Origin: Ginglymostoma cirratum
Lineage: Eukaryota
Length of the DNA stretch: 53,173 nucleotides
Assembly (NCBI GenBank): GCA_024137785.1
Contig: JAHRHZ010000155.1
Coordinates: 677,992 to 731,164 of the forward strand
Direction of reading: 5' to 3'
Shown: positions 40,701-50,339 of the stretch, piece after piece
Layout: every line of letters starts with the position of its first letter
How positions within the stretch are numbered: position 1 is the first letter of the stretch
Notes under the pieces: model-generated
Told to the model about the DNA's origin: nothing
The model's input: the letters and a program-made list of their open reading frames with translations, nothing else
The model's database searches: none
Translations under genes and position numbers: made by a program

Positions 40701-43391
40701 CAGTCCGTGCATACATGATTACAGTCTCAAGCTACAACATGGTTACCTCTTAACTGCCCTCCTCTCTCAGTTTGTGGGGGTTAGGAAAAAGACACCTCAC
40801 AACCTTTCAAGGGACAATGAAGGAGTATTAAATGTCAACATTGCTTGAGAATAAATTCTGAAAAATGGAGTGCGTTGCTTCTCATGATACAACAGTGTCA
40901 TTCCAGCGTGGTAATTAATGGCTATGTTTACAGGTAGAGACTTCAATAAATGGACAGTAGGACTGGTCATAACTGGAACTGTGTTCAGCATTTTCCTGGC
41001 TGGAATCTTAATCTTACAGAGTGTGGACAAGTAAGTATGAATACATCATTCGATTTTATTCTAAATATTTACTTTCACTTTCATCCCTACAGTTGGTGAC
41101 TGTTCTCTTCAGGTGAGGTACCAGGCAGTACTTCTGTAAGTGGTTCCCTGTGTCCCCATGATCCAGAGCGGGCCTTTCATTGTGTGTCCAGATTAGAAGT
41201 TATAAGTTGTTGTGATATGGAATACGCTGCCTGATGAGGAGGTAGAAGCATATTCAACAGGAACTTCCAAACATGTAACTGTATCTACGCTGCACTGATT
41301 CTGACTTACAACAACCGCACTTTGATATTGTGATATTGCAGGAGAAAGACAGCAATTGAGCAGACAGCTTCGAAGACCAGTGACATTGCATTGACCTACA
41401 GTCAACTCTCTGTGAAACACCAGGTAAACAAGAGGCGGTTTACACTCACTTTGAAGCTTTAAGCTCAGCATTTAAACAATGCAAAATGTTGCAACTGACA
41501 AATCCAAGGATTTTCTCTGCATTAACATCACTTTTTCAAAGCTGCCAGCAGTGACAGGACTTTGCACAGGACAGTCACAGAATCCCTACAGTGTAGAAAC
41601 AGGCCATTTGGCCCATCAAGTCCACACCACCCCTCCATAGAGGATCCCATCCAGTCGGCATATCCATGGGCAATTTAGCATGGCCAATCCACCTAACCTG
41701 CACATCTTTGGAATATGGAAGAAAACCCATGCAGACATAGAGAGAACATGCAACCTCTATGCACACAGTTGCCTGAGGCTGGAATTGAACCCAGGTCCCA
41801 GGCGTTTTGAGACACAGACACACCTCCCTCCCATCAAGTTAAACAAAGATCAAATTCCAGCCAAACGGAATGTGGAACAGGGACAGGAGTGTGGAAGTTG
41901 TGCGCAGCGAAGATGATTAAAAGGCAACGTCTGTCCCAGACACATTACCCATGGATTTCTATCCGTAGAGCAAGTCATGGCTCAGTGGGCAGCACTCTCA
42001 CTTTCCCTTTCTGAATCAGAAGGTTTAATAACCAACTCCACAAATTTAAACATAACCTGACAAAACTGTCACTTTGGGGAGTACCACACTGTCGGAGGAT
42101 CATACTGAGAGTGCTGCCCTTGTCCTAAAGAAGGGTCATTATACTTCAAACATAAACTGCCTTTTTTTCACAAATGCTGCCAGACCTGCTGAGTTTCTCC
42201 AACAGTTTTTGTTGTCATTGTTTCAGACCCCGAGCATCTGCAGTTTTGTTTCATTGTTCAAAAATTGGTTGATGTCAACTGTTTGCGGGACCTTTCTGTG
42301 CACAAACAGCTGCTGAATGCCTACACTACAACAGTGAATACACTTCCAAAAGGAGCTCTCTGTGAAGGTGTTTTGGAACGTTCCGTATGAGGGAAGAAGA
42401 GAGATCAAATCTAAATTTAGAGTCAAACTATGCCATTCCACCTGAGAGGAGAAAGGATTGAGACTAGGAGGGGCACAGAGACAGACAGAGGCAAAGCAAG
42501 CGAGAGACAGACAGAGGAAGTGGGCGGTGGTGGGGGGGGGAGGGAGGGAGCAAGAGAATGAGTGAGAGAAGGTTAAATCAACCGAACGGTGAAAATCGTT
42601 TACGAGGCTGTGCAATAACTGAACTCAAATATGCCAATAAATGTTGAGAATATCACTTGTTTCCGTTTCTTGATGGATCTCCGCACTGCTGGAGTTGCCA
42701 TCTTTAAGACAATAGATTAAACCACTCCTTCTGCCCTGGGCACAATTTGGAAGAGAAGCTGTGAGCAGTTCTCCTCATTGTCCTGGGTCCTATTTCCACC
42801 AAAAACAGAATTAACAAAATGAAGTAATGTAAGTTATTCTAATACTGCTGTTGAGAAATTTGTTGTATGCAAATTGGCTGCTGTGTTTCCTATATTACAT
42901 CAATGACTAGAGTTCAATAAATAAAGTCCTTCAGTGGCTGAGGAGCATTTGGGATGTTCAATCTCTGTGAACAACGAATTTTAGCCTTCAAGGTAAGCAA
43001 GAGGTGGAAGTTAAACCCACAGAATCATGATTGACTCTCACGAGGCTGTGCAATAATATAAACCTATCCGTGCCAATAAATGATGAGAACATCTTATATT
43101 TCAATCTCTCTGCAGGGTTCTCAGAACATGGTAGTTACTGACCCTCAGAACACAACCAGGGACATAACTAGAGAGGAGGACACACCAGCTCCCCAGGGTG
43201 TCTCTGAGGGTCCCGTGGGAAAGGAGATGCTGAACACGGGGACCCCAGAAGAACTAAAGACCTCCTCTACACCAACATCAATTTCTCAAAGCTGCCCGGC
43301 AGTGACAGTGCTGAGCACAGGGGCAAGGACACAGAATACGCAGAGATCAGATTCCAGCCAAAGTGAGAAACCCAGAGAGGGGTCTGAGTAG
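7733..43391 (+). CDS. Siglec-family receptor gene, spliced CDS of 13 coding exons: signal peptide, V-set, 8 C2-set Ig domains, TM, cytoplasmic tail with tyrosine motifs (~1040 aa)
   Basis: All exons have AG/GT boundaries and join in consistent phase (phase 1 between Ig exons, phase 2 after TM, phase 0 before the last exon). V-set shows Siglec hallmarks. No one-to-one mammalian orthologue can be assigned by eye. Confidence 0.93.
8860..9145. repeat. Degenerate ~28-bp minisatellite (~10 copies)
   Basis: Unit approximately gatcccttagacaatgaggatccaaaga. Confidence 0.75.
12120..12260. repeat. Degenerate ~35-bp tandem repeat (~4 copies)
   Basis: Unit approximately ggagaatgtgggactcactcccacagggagtggg. 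Confidence 0.55.
13026..13391 (+). CDS. Siglec exon: N-terminal V-set sialic-acid-binding Ig domain
   Basis: Acceptor tttctcttcacag, donor G|gtaagt. VTVQEGPCAHIPC (extra Cys for inter-domain disulfide), GDCSL, and DAGPYYFRVE with the essential Arg at 13328-13330 and no F-strand Cys, followed by SYSY. Confidence 0.96.
14520..15005 (-). mobile_element. CR1-type LINE 3' fragment
   Basis: KRFTRMIPGMERLS...LEFRRRRGDLIETY on the minus strand. Confidence 0.85.
15879..16172 (+). CDS. Siglec exon: C2-set Ig domain 2
   Basis: DFTDKP...CTFNTTC...W...TSVLTLTP...HQGQTLTCRV matches the Siglec domain-2 pattern with its extra Cys. Acceptor ttag (an in-frame alternative cag lies 9 nt later), donor T|gtaagt. 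Confidence 0.94.
16494..16775 (+). CDS. Siglec exon: C2-set Ig domain 3 (repeat copy 1)
   Basis: 282 nt, YPPRNL...EGNSAVIICSV...W...GDYQCRAENEHG; tttag acceptor, T|gtaagt donor. Confidence 0.93.
17410..18475 (-). mobile_element. CR1-type LINE 3' fragment (RT C-terminus)
   Basis: QFNFDKCEVLHFG, RDLGVQVH, LVRPIVEYSVQFWSP motifs. Confidence 0.85.
18827..19108 (+). CDS. Siglec exon: C2-set Ig domain 4 (repeat copy 2)
   Basis: 282 nt, open frame, ctctag acceptor, T|gtgagt donor, paralogous to copy 1. Confidence 0.92.
19155..19500 (+). mobile_element. tRNA-derived SINE (HE1-like)
   Basis: Same head and core as the 7283 copy. The paralogous copy at 24098-24425 sits at the same position after the exon. 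Confidence 0.75.
22060..23075 (-). mobile_element. CR1 LINE fragment (duplicated with the intron)
   Basis: Paralogous to 17410-18475, with the same junction (...cttaaaagcaaccctcc...atgaggcccag). Confidence 0.8.
23785..24066 (+). CDS. Siglec exon: C2-set Ig domain 5 (repeat copy 3)
   Basis: 282 nt, open frame, ctctag acceptor, T|gtgagt donor. Confidence 0.92.
24098..24425 (+). mobile_element. tRNA-derived SINE (HE1-like)
   Basis: Paralogue of 19155-19500. Confidence 0.75.
26975..28015 (-). mobile_element. CR1 LINE fragment (duplicated with the intron)
   Basis: Paralogous to 22060-23075. Confidence 0.8.
28724..29005 (+). CDS. Siglec exon: C2-set Ig domain 6 (repeat copy 4)
   Basis: 282 nt, open frame, ctccag acceptor, T|gtgagt donor. 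Confidence 0.92.
30140..31535 (-). mobile_element. Penelope-like element, minus-strand copy (RT plus GIY-YIG, decayed)
   Basis: WVRYVDDTF RT motif; VIYRVPCSECNKHYIGQTGRKL GIY-YIG motif; frameshifted. Confidence 0.9.
31540..32685 (+). mobile_element. Penelope-like element, plus-strand copy (RT plus GIY-YIG, decayed)
   Basis: QINGTLIGSPIS, WVRYVDDTF, MIYRIPCTECTKHYIG; contains stops and frameshifts. Confidence 0.9.
33335..33616 (+). CDS. Siglec exon: C2-set Ig domain 7 (repeat copy 5)
   Basis: 282 nt, open frame, tttgcag acceptor, T|gtgaga donor. Confidence 0.9.
34742..35017 (+). CDS. Siglec exon: C2-set Ig domain 8 (CD22-like)
   Basis: Not in the ORF track; read by hand as YPPRETKASISGASGGIREGNNVTLTCSSESVPSISHYTWFR...DDADFYCTATNPLG...HLNVE. 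ttccag acceptor, T|gtaagc donor. Confidence 0.92.
35676..35969 (+). CDS. Siglec exon: membrane-proximal Ig domain 9 (MAG D5 / Siglec-5 D4-like)
   Basis: YGPEISWESECTRRSEGITCVCVANSNPP...W...SCSVRNPHG has the C-x8-CxC-x4-P pattern of the MAG domain-5 type. ctcag acceptor, G|gtgagc donor. Confidence 0.92.
36110..39195 (-). mobile_element. Long decayed CR1 LINE (ORF1 remnant, endonuclease, RT, 3' end)
   Basis: KSPGPD...VPEDWRVAN...NYRPVSLTS...QHGF RT N-terminal motifs; RRRMRGDLVEVYKI C-terminus. Confidence 0.88.
39205..39515 (-). mobile_element. tRNA-derived SINE (HE1-like)
   Basis: Reverse complement of the 7283 family. Confidence 0.75.
40934..41030 (+). CDS. Siglec exon: transmembrane segment
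   Basis: GRDFNKWTVGLVITGTVFSIFLAGILILQSVDK: about 22 hydrophobic residues with no charged residue in the core. ttacag acceptor in phase 1, AA|gtaagt donor in phase 2. Confidence 0.88.
41342..41423 (+). CDS. Siglec exon: cytoplasmic juxtamembrane segment with ITIM-consensus LTYSQL
   Basis: attgcag acceptor in phase 2 gives the KRK stop-transfer sequence, then TAIEQTASKTSDIALTYSQLSVKHQ. CAG|gtaaac phase-0 donor. Confidence 0.8.
41575..41815 (-). mobile_element. tRNA-derived SINE (HE1-like)
   Basis: Reverse complement of the 7283 family. Confidence 0.72.
43116..43391 (+). CDS. Siglec terminal cytoplasmic exon (ITIM/ITSM-like motifs present in a shifted frame, stop 43364-43366)
   Basis: ctctctgcag acceptor. 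The phase-0 frame reads GSQNMVV... to TAG 43389-43391. The -1 frame reads DLLYTNINFSKL...DTEYAEIRFQPK*, a classic Siglec tail. Confidence 0.82.
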   Translation, partial: GSQNMVVTDPQNTTRDITREEDTPAPQGVSEGPVGKEMLNTGTPEELKTSSTPTSISQSCPAVTVLSTGARTQNTQRSDSSQSEKPREGSE

Positions 43392-43727
43392 CCAATATGG
43401 TTGGATAATAACAATGAAGAGAAAATGACATTGCTCAATTTTGTTGTTGGTTCTGAACATGCTTTCCAATTGCTGCAGCTTTTTCATGCCCTCAAAGGTT
43501 GCACAAAGCTCATCAATAATTTTACATATATTAGTAGAAGCAGTTGTAATGAAGCTTCAAAATGCTATAATCATTTGGGAACTTTGGTTCCAAAATGGAG
43601 GAATGATGCAGATTTATTCTGAAAGCAGTGATCCATAACAGAAGTGCTGTTAATAGCAGCTTCCAAAGCAGTAGCACTGAGAGAAAATGACCTGACCTGA
43701 TTAGAAGATAGTTAAATTTGAATTCCA

Positions 43728-43733
43728 AATAAA
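43728..43733 (+). terminator. Possible polyadenylation signal AATAAA
   Basis: First AATAAA seen about 340 nt after the terminal exon stop. Confidence 0.3.
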
Positions 43734-44989
43734 ACATGGAATTAAATGCCCAATGGTAACCATGTAACAATGAGCTAAATAGTCTGCTTCTGCTCCTCTG
43801 TCTTGTGGTTTAATCTTTGTTATTATCAAAAAAACCCATCTGGCTCAATAATGTCCTTTAGGGAAGGAAATGTACTGCAATATATGCAAGTTCAAAAACC
43901 CACAGCAATGCAATTGATTCTTAACTGCCCCCTGAAATGGTCTAGCAAACTACTCAGTTGTGTCAGCCTGTGAAAACTTCTCAGAAAAAGGAACAAAACC
44001 AGACAGACCACCAGACACTAATCTCAGCTCTGGAAGTAAGAACGGCAAAATCCTCTTTACCAACATCAAAAAGAATGTGCCAAAATTTGAACTGATCCAG
44101 CAACTCAAGACTGGATATCCACGATGCACGCGTGAGCCATCAACAGCAGAACTGTACTCCAATACAATCTTCAACCTCATGGCCCAGCATACTGCCCAAT
44201 CTAGCATTTAAATCAGGCCAGGAGATCAACCCTGGTTCAATAGAGAGTGCAGGTGGGCATGCCTAAAAATGGAAACCAAAAGAATTGTGGATGCTGTAAA
44301 TCAGGAACAAAAACAAAGTTGCTGGAAAAGCTCAGCAAATCTGGCAGCATCCGAGAAGGAGAAAACAAGAGTTAACATTTCGGATCCGGTGACCCTTCCT
44401 CAGAGCTTTTGTTTTTAAAAATAGGGTGTTCACCTGGTGAAGCAACAATACGAGCAACAAATATTAAACAGTGCTAAAGCGACAGGTCTGCAGTCCTGCC
44501 AAACCAAGTTCTGAATGGTGATGGACAATTAAACAACTCTCTGGAGGAGAAGGCTCCACAAATATTCCATCTGGAACTGCACATCAATGCAAAAAATAAG
44601 ACCAACATTTCTGCAACAACCTTCATTCAACAGTGCCAACTGGGTGATCTGTCTCAGTCTCCTCCTGAGGTTCCCCAGCATCACAATGGCGGTTCTCTGT
44701 CAGCTTGGTTTACTCCACTTAATAGCAAGGAAAGGCTGATGCCACTGGACACTGCAAAGACTATGGACCCTCACAATATTCTGCAATTTTGCAGCATCTC
44801 GAGCCAAGCTGTTCCAGTGCATCTACAACAGTGGCATTGAAAGAAAAGAATAGTAATTTACTGTCACTTGTATCTTTCCAAAACAAACTGAAAAAACTGT
44901 TTAGTCGCCAAACTCCAGCACGTGTATTAACCACAGAAATCATATGTAAAAAAAAATTAAGACAAAATCCATCTTTCTTCAATTCACAG

Positions 44990-45238
44990 GTGATAGGTTC
45001 CCAAAGTCAAAGAAAAGACAGGAACCACATTCTCCCCCGTTGCAGAACACTAAAGCCGCCAAATCTCAGGGTGCACGACCGTGCTGACGAAAATGCTACA
45101 GAAGCCACCTCGGGGACCCAGCTTGTTGCTGAGCTGCAGCTGAGGCAAAAGACCAGGTTGGGCCGTTGGAATCCCAGGCCGGAAGACACCGCAGAAGCTG
45201 CCTCAAGGAATCCCGGGCCGTACCAACCTCATCGCTGA
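44990..45238 (+). CDS. Candidate alternative terminal exon (82 aa, no ITIM)
   Basis: Strong polypyrimidine acceptor atctttcttcaattcacag, open in phase 0, GC/CpG-richer than the flanks, not recognisable as a repeat. Confidence 0.4.
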   Translation: MIGSQSQRKDRNHILPRCRTLKPPNLRVHDRADENATEATSGTQLVAELQLRQKTRLGRWNPRPEDTAEAASRNPGPYQPHR

Positions 45239-46157
45239 AGACTCCACCGATTAGGGCAGTTGTAATCCCAGACTAGACCTATCACGCTGCCAAAGACAAC
45301 AAAGCACTGAAGCAGATCAGCACACCACAAGACCCACCAGGTCACGGCCGCAGTGGCCACAAGGAATGCCCACATTGTCTCCAGTACTGCAGCAGCCTCC
45401 CAAAGCATCCTTCCTCCACTGAAGCCGTTAAAAGCAGCAATATGGAAAATTGTTGAGTAGAAACTTTTATCTCAGCTTCCGCATCAAACTGCATTTCAAT
45501 AGCAATTTACACAGCCTCAGGATATCCAAAACAAAAGCAGAATTTTGAAATGTCGTCATTGGTGGATTGTGGAAAATGTGATGGCAAAATTATGCACAGA
45601 AAGATCCCACCTGTAACGTGATGATTAACACAGCCATTTTATTTTGAGTAATGTTGCTTCCCGGTTAACTTATGAACTATGGAGAGCTCCCCCGTGATGT
45701 TTCATGGAATAATGACTGTGGGTTCATTCACATTGACCCGGGAAGTTAAACTTGGCTCGGATTAATGTCTCAATTTACCATTGGTGGCTGTGCCTGTCAT
45801 GCTGATGAGAATCTTGTAATGCTCAATTGTATGTTAAGGATTTATCAAGCCTGCACGTTGGTGTATTTAAAACAGCAAAACACATCACAGATTATGTTGC
45901 AGATATTATTGCCAACTAACTGATTTCTATGTGTAATTTGCAGACTGACTAACTGCAGACAGTCACAGCACACACACAACACATGAAGTCAGGTCGAGCC
46001 AGACAAAGTGAGACAGAGACAGACCAACACAGAAAAGGAGTGAGATAACAAAGTGTAGAGCTGGATGAACACAGCAGGCCAAGCAGCACCAGAGCAGCAG
46101 GAAAGCTGACGTTTCGCATCTGGACCCTGCTACTATCACAGAAAAGGAGTGGATTGG

Positions 46158-46335
46158 GAGGAGAGAGAGAGAGAGAGAGAGAGACGGAGACGGAAAGCGA
46201 GAGAAAGAGAGAGAGAGGAGACAGCAAGAAAAAGACAAGAACAGTTAAAGGAAAAAAAGCAAGCGGTAGAGAAAGAAATAGAGACATAAGGAGACAAACA
46301 GAAAGAGGGGGAAAAAGAGACAGAGACAGACACAA
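46158..46335. repeat. (GA)n microsatellite and purine-rich low-complexity tract
   Basis: Direct inspection. Confidence 0.85.
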
Positions 46336-46679
46336 ATAAGATGCACAGCATAGGAAACAGGTGAACCTATTAATTCATGTTCTCTCTACTGGGTGCAGTG
46401 AGGAACTGGAACTTTTTTTAAAATACATTTACGGGATGTAGGTGGGACTTCTTTTAAAATACATTTACGGGATGTAGGTGTCACTGAAAGGCTTCATTGC
46501 TGATTTGTAACTGACCATGAGAAGATGCCGGTGAGCTGCCTTCTTCATCCTCTGTGATCACTTAACAAGAGAAATGCACAGAGGTGTTAGGGAGAGTTCC
46601 AGGACTTTGACCCAGCAACACTGAATGAATTACCATATATTTACAAGTCAGGATGGTGAATGGTTTACAGTGGAATGTT

Positions 46680-49090
46680 CCATATAGCCCACAAAGAAAT
46701 AGGCATAACTGAGGTCCATGCGGGTAGCCATAGCCACAAATTGGAACTTGAAGTTTGGTGTTGACATTACAACATTTATGTTGCCACCGCCCAAACTCTT
46801 TCTCAAGTACATCAATGACATAGTCAGTACTCTTTCCATTTCTCATCTTAAGTTGGAAAAATTCAAATTTGCTTCTAATTTTGACACTGCTCTCACTTTC
46901 ACCTTGTCTATCTCTGGCTCATCCCTCACTTTCCTCAACATTTCTGTGGGTAGACTCACCACCAATATCTACTACAAACCTGGCAACTCCCAGTTACCTT
47001 GACTATACATCTTCACACCCTACTTCCTGTAAAGACTCTATTCCATTCTCCCAGTTTCTTTGCATCTGTTCCGATGATGCCAACCTCCACAAAACATACT
47101 TCTGAACTGTCCACCTTCTTCCTCAACCGAGGATTCCCCGCCACTGTGGTTGACAGGGCCCACAGCCATGTCCAACCCATCTCCCACACTTCGGATTGCA
47201 CTCCTCTTCACTCCCACAACAGTATGACGATACTATGACTGACTGACTTGCTGAAGAGGTGGAGGAAATTTCAGCAGGTGGAGGAACGTCAGGAGGCATT
47301 CGACAGGCTGAAAGCTGTGTTAACCACTACCCCAGTGTGAGCCACACCGAATTACACAAAGCCATTCAAGGTGGCGATTGATGGGAGTGATTTGGATGTT
47401 GGTGCTGGACTCTTGCAATGAGATGACAAGAAGATAGAGAGATCTATTGGATATTTTTCCAGAAACTTGAATAATCAACATATATTCGACGATTAAGAAG
47501 GAGACCTTGAGTTTGGTGTTGTCGTTACAACATTTATATTGCCAGTAATATGCCAGAGATAACTGTATATACTGATCTTCACAATTTCATATTTTTGGAA
47601 AAATTTAAGGATAAAAATTCCAGACTGTTTAGATGGAATTTATTATTGCAGCCATGTGGCAGGACATGAGAAGCTAACTGCTGACACGTTGTCTGGATTT
47701 TGTTGAAGGAAGACGGAAGTGTTTGGTGGAGGGAGGGAAAAGTGGACTGAAATAGACTGTAGGAGTAAATGTTTGCATGCTTAGAGTCAATGCAACGCGT
47801 TTGTATTGTTGTGAACTAATAGCATAAGACTGAAGATTTTTTAAAAATGAACTTATATCTTTGAATATTAATGGATTTTTTTTTTTTAAAAGTGGGAAGG
47901 TGTGATGATTCTGTGGCTTTAAGAGGCATATTTTGTCCTGGGTATTTTCAGAACGGTTGAGAGGGACAGGTGCCGAGTCAGCCTACTTAGAGCTACTAAA
48001 GTAAACAGTTTATGAAGCCTTGGGGTGTTTTATTTTAAATGCTGGGACAATAGAAGCAACCTGAATGAGTGGGGTCAAGCTGTTACAGAACCAGGATATT
48101 TAATTTTAGTTTCTCAGTCGTAGCTGCTGGGGTCTTGAAGGTGGATGTGGAAGTTATTTTTCCTCTCTCATTGACAGCTAAAAGCTCAGGATTCTCTTTC
48201 TGCTGCTAGAATTACATGAGACAGTCTGTTTTGCTGAATTTTCCTTTTGCCGGGGGTGCATATATGAGATGTTACTGTTTTGAAACAGTTACTGTTTAGT
48301 CGTTAAATAATCAAGTATTCTGATAAATCGTCCAACAGAGTTAAGTTATTCCAATTTCTTCTTTCTTTTATTGTATGTTACCTCTAGTGTATGAATAATG
48401 AGAGATTTGCTTCAAATCAGGTAGGGAAAAATGGTTAGGGTCTAGGCCATCACCCTCAGATTTTGAGGGGTTTGGTCTGGTCCATAACAACAACGAAAAG
48501 GTCCCCCTGATCCTTACTTACAATTCTACCAACATCCACATCCAAAGAATCTTTAGCCACCATTTGTGCTATCTCCAGCAGGATGCTGCCAACACTGGAC
48601 ACACATTCCCCTCCCCTCCCGTGTCAGCCTTCCAGAGGACCATTCCTTCCCAGACACCGTCATCCAATCCATCACTCACATTCCCCCAACCCATTTTCCC
48701 TCTGACCCACTCCCCATAGTATCTTCCCCTGTAATCACAAAAGATGTAAATACTGCCTGTTCACTTCCTCCATCCTCGTTATCCAAGACTCTAGGCACCG
48801 ATTTATCTGCACTTCACTCAATCTATTCATTTTACACAATATGGTCTATGCTGTACTGGTGAGACAGAACACAGACTGGGAGACCACACTGCAGAATACC
48901 TACATTCTGTCTGCAAAAATGAGCCTGAGTTTAATCTTGCTTGCCTCAACTCACCACCCTGTTCCCTGGCCAACATCTGTCTCAGGCTTGCTGCAATGCT
49001 CCAGTGAAGAATTGCACCTCATTTTCCACTTGGGGCCTGCAGCCTTTAGGGCTCAATATCGAGTTCAACAATTTACAACCTGAGCACCTT
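46680..49090 (+). mobile_element. Decayed Penelope-like element interrupted by an LTR element at ~47223-48489
   Basis: TNIYYKP...SYLDYTSSHP.SCKDSIPFSQFL RT C-terminus on the left, GLLQCSSEELHLIFHLG endonuclease end on the right. Confidence 0.7.
47223..48489 (+). mobile_element. Gypsy-superfamily (Gmr1-like) LTR retrotransposon remnant: RNase H, PPT and 3' LTR (47901-48489)
   Basis: QEAFDRLKAVLTT...PFKVAIDGSD..VGAGLLQ...IGYFSR...RLFRWNLLLQ RNase H motifs; purine tract aaaagtgggaagg directly before TGTGATG; LTR ends in CATAACA. Confidence 0.82.
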
Positions 49091-49869
49091 TTCTCACGTT
49101 TTTATCCCAAACCCTACAAACCAGACCTTGTTATCACATGGGCTGCCAACACAACCAACCTGTCAGCTACCGGGAACAAATTACTGTGGAGGCAGAATCT
49201 GAACTGAAAACAAAAAATACTGCAAATCACAGCAGATCAGGCAGCATCCATGGTGAGAAAGCAAGCTAATGTTTCACATCTAGATAACTCTTCATCAGAA
49301 CTCTGGATGCTGCCTGACCCATTCCAGCCTTTTTTTTCTTTTCACCACCGTTAGCTCCTAATGGTTCCTGTTAGCAACTATTTATTGTCCAAGACTGACC
49401 TTTATCCATTCCTTTGGCTGCTCAGCTGTTGTTCTGTCTCTCTGGGCTCCATTTCATGCTTATTCGTCTCGCCTTCCCCCGCATTATCTTCAGCACATAT
49501 ATCAATCTTTTCTGAGTTACAAACAGTTCTGAAGAAGGGTCATTTGGAGCTGAAATGTTAACTATGTTTTCTGTCCATAGATACTGCAAGGTCTGCTGAG
49601 GTTTTCCAGCAATTTCTGTTATATACGATACACACTGCTGCAAATGTGCGTGTGAAGCAGAACACAATTATGCAGAATCACCTTGGTTTCCGAGAGGAAA
49701 CTGTGGTTCACAAGTCAGTTTGACGCATGTGAGGCTGTAATTAGCAGTGTTGACATTGGCTGACCAGAGGATTTGAAATATGTGGATTTTGACATATTAT
49801 TCAACAAGTGTCACACAAAGGTTTCGTGAGACTCTGGGGACTGCAGGAAAATGTTAACATTGAATTCTG

Positions 49870-50090
49870 ACAGTGTGGAAGCTGGCCATTCAGCCCATCG
49901 AGACCACACCTACGGTACTACCCTATCCCTGTAAGCCTGCATTCCCATGGTCAATCCACCTAACCTGCACATTTTTAGTTTGTAGGAGCTCCCGGAGGAA
50001 ACTCATGCAGACACGAGGAGAATGTGCAACCTCCACACAGACAGCCGCCCAAGGGTAGAATTGAACAGGGTTGCTGGCACTGTGAGAAAG
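49870..50090 (-). mobile_element. tRNA-derived SINE (HE1-like)
   Basis: Reverse complement of the SINE core. Confidence 0.65.
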
Positions 50091-50339
50091 TGTTGATCCT
50101 GTGCAGGTAATTAGAGTTGGATTTGGCCACTGATGTCTCATTCCCAGAAAAATTTTAGCAACATTCAGTTTAAAAGTCCAATTCACACAATAAACTTCAC
50201 CACAACACTCCTGTTACATTAAAAATCTCCACATTCCTGTTTTCCCAAGATAGACACAGATCCCTCCTAAATTCAAGTAATTCAGATCTAGTTAAAAAGT
50301 TCCCACTTGTTACGATCTCAGCTAATGGGAATGCGGAAG

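Noticed and set aside
40934-41030. Activating DAP12-coupled Siglec
   Set aside because: There is no Lys/Arg within the hydrophobic core; the Lys is at the extracellular edge.
41093-41112. 20-nt micro-exon (cag|ttggtgactgttctcttcag|gtgagg) that would truncate the tail
   Set aside because: It would need a 62-nt intron and introduces an immediate stop; cannot be supported without transcripts.
7733-43391. Assigning the symbol MAG, CD22 or SIGLEC1
   Set aside because: Domain count and sequence do not match any of them closely enough by eye; phylogeny is needed.
45949-46351. Hydrophobic or charged ORFs in the ORF track
   Set aside because: These are translations of a GA/CT low-complexity tract.
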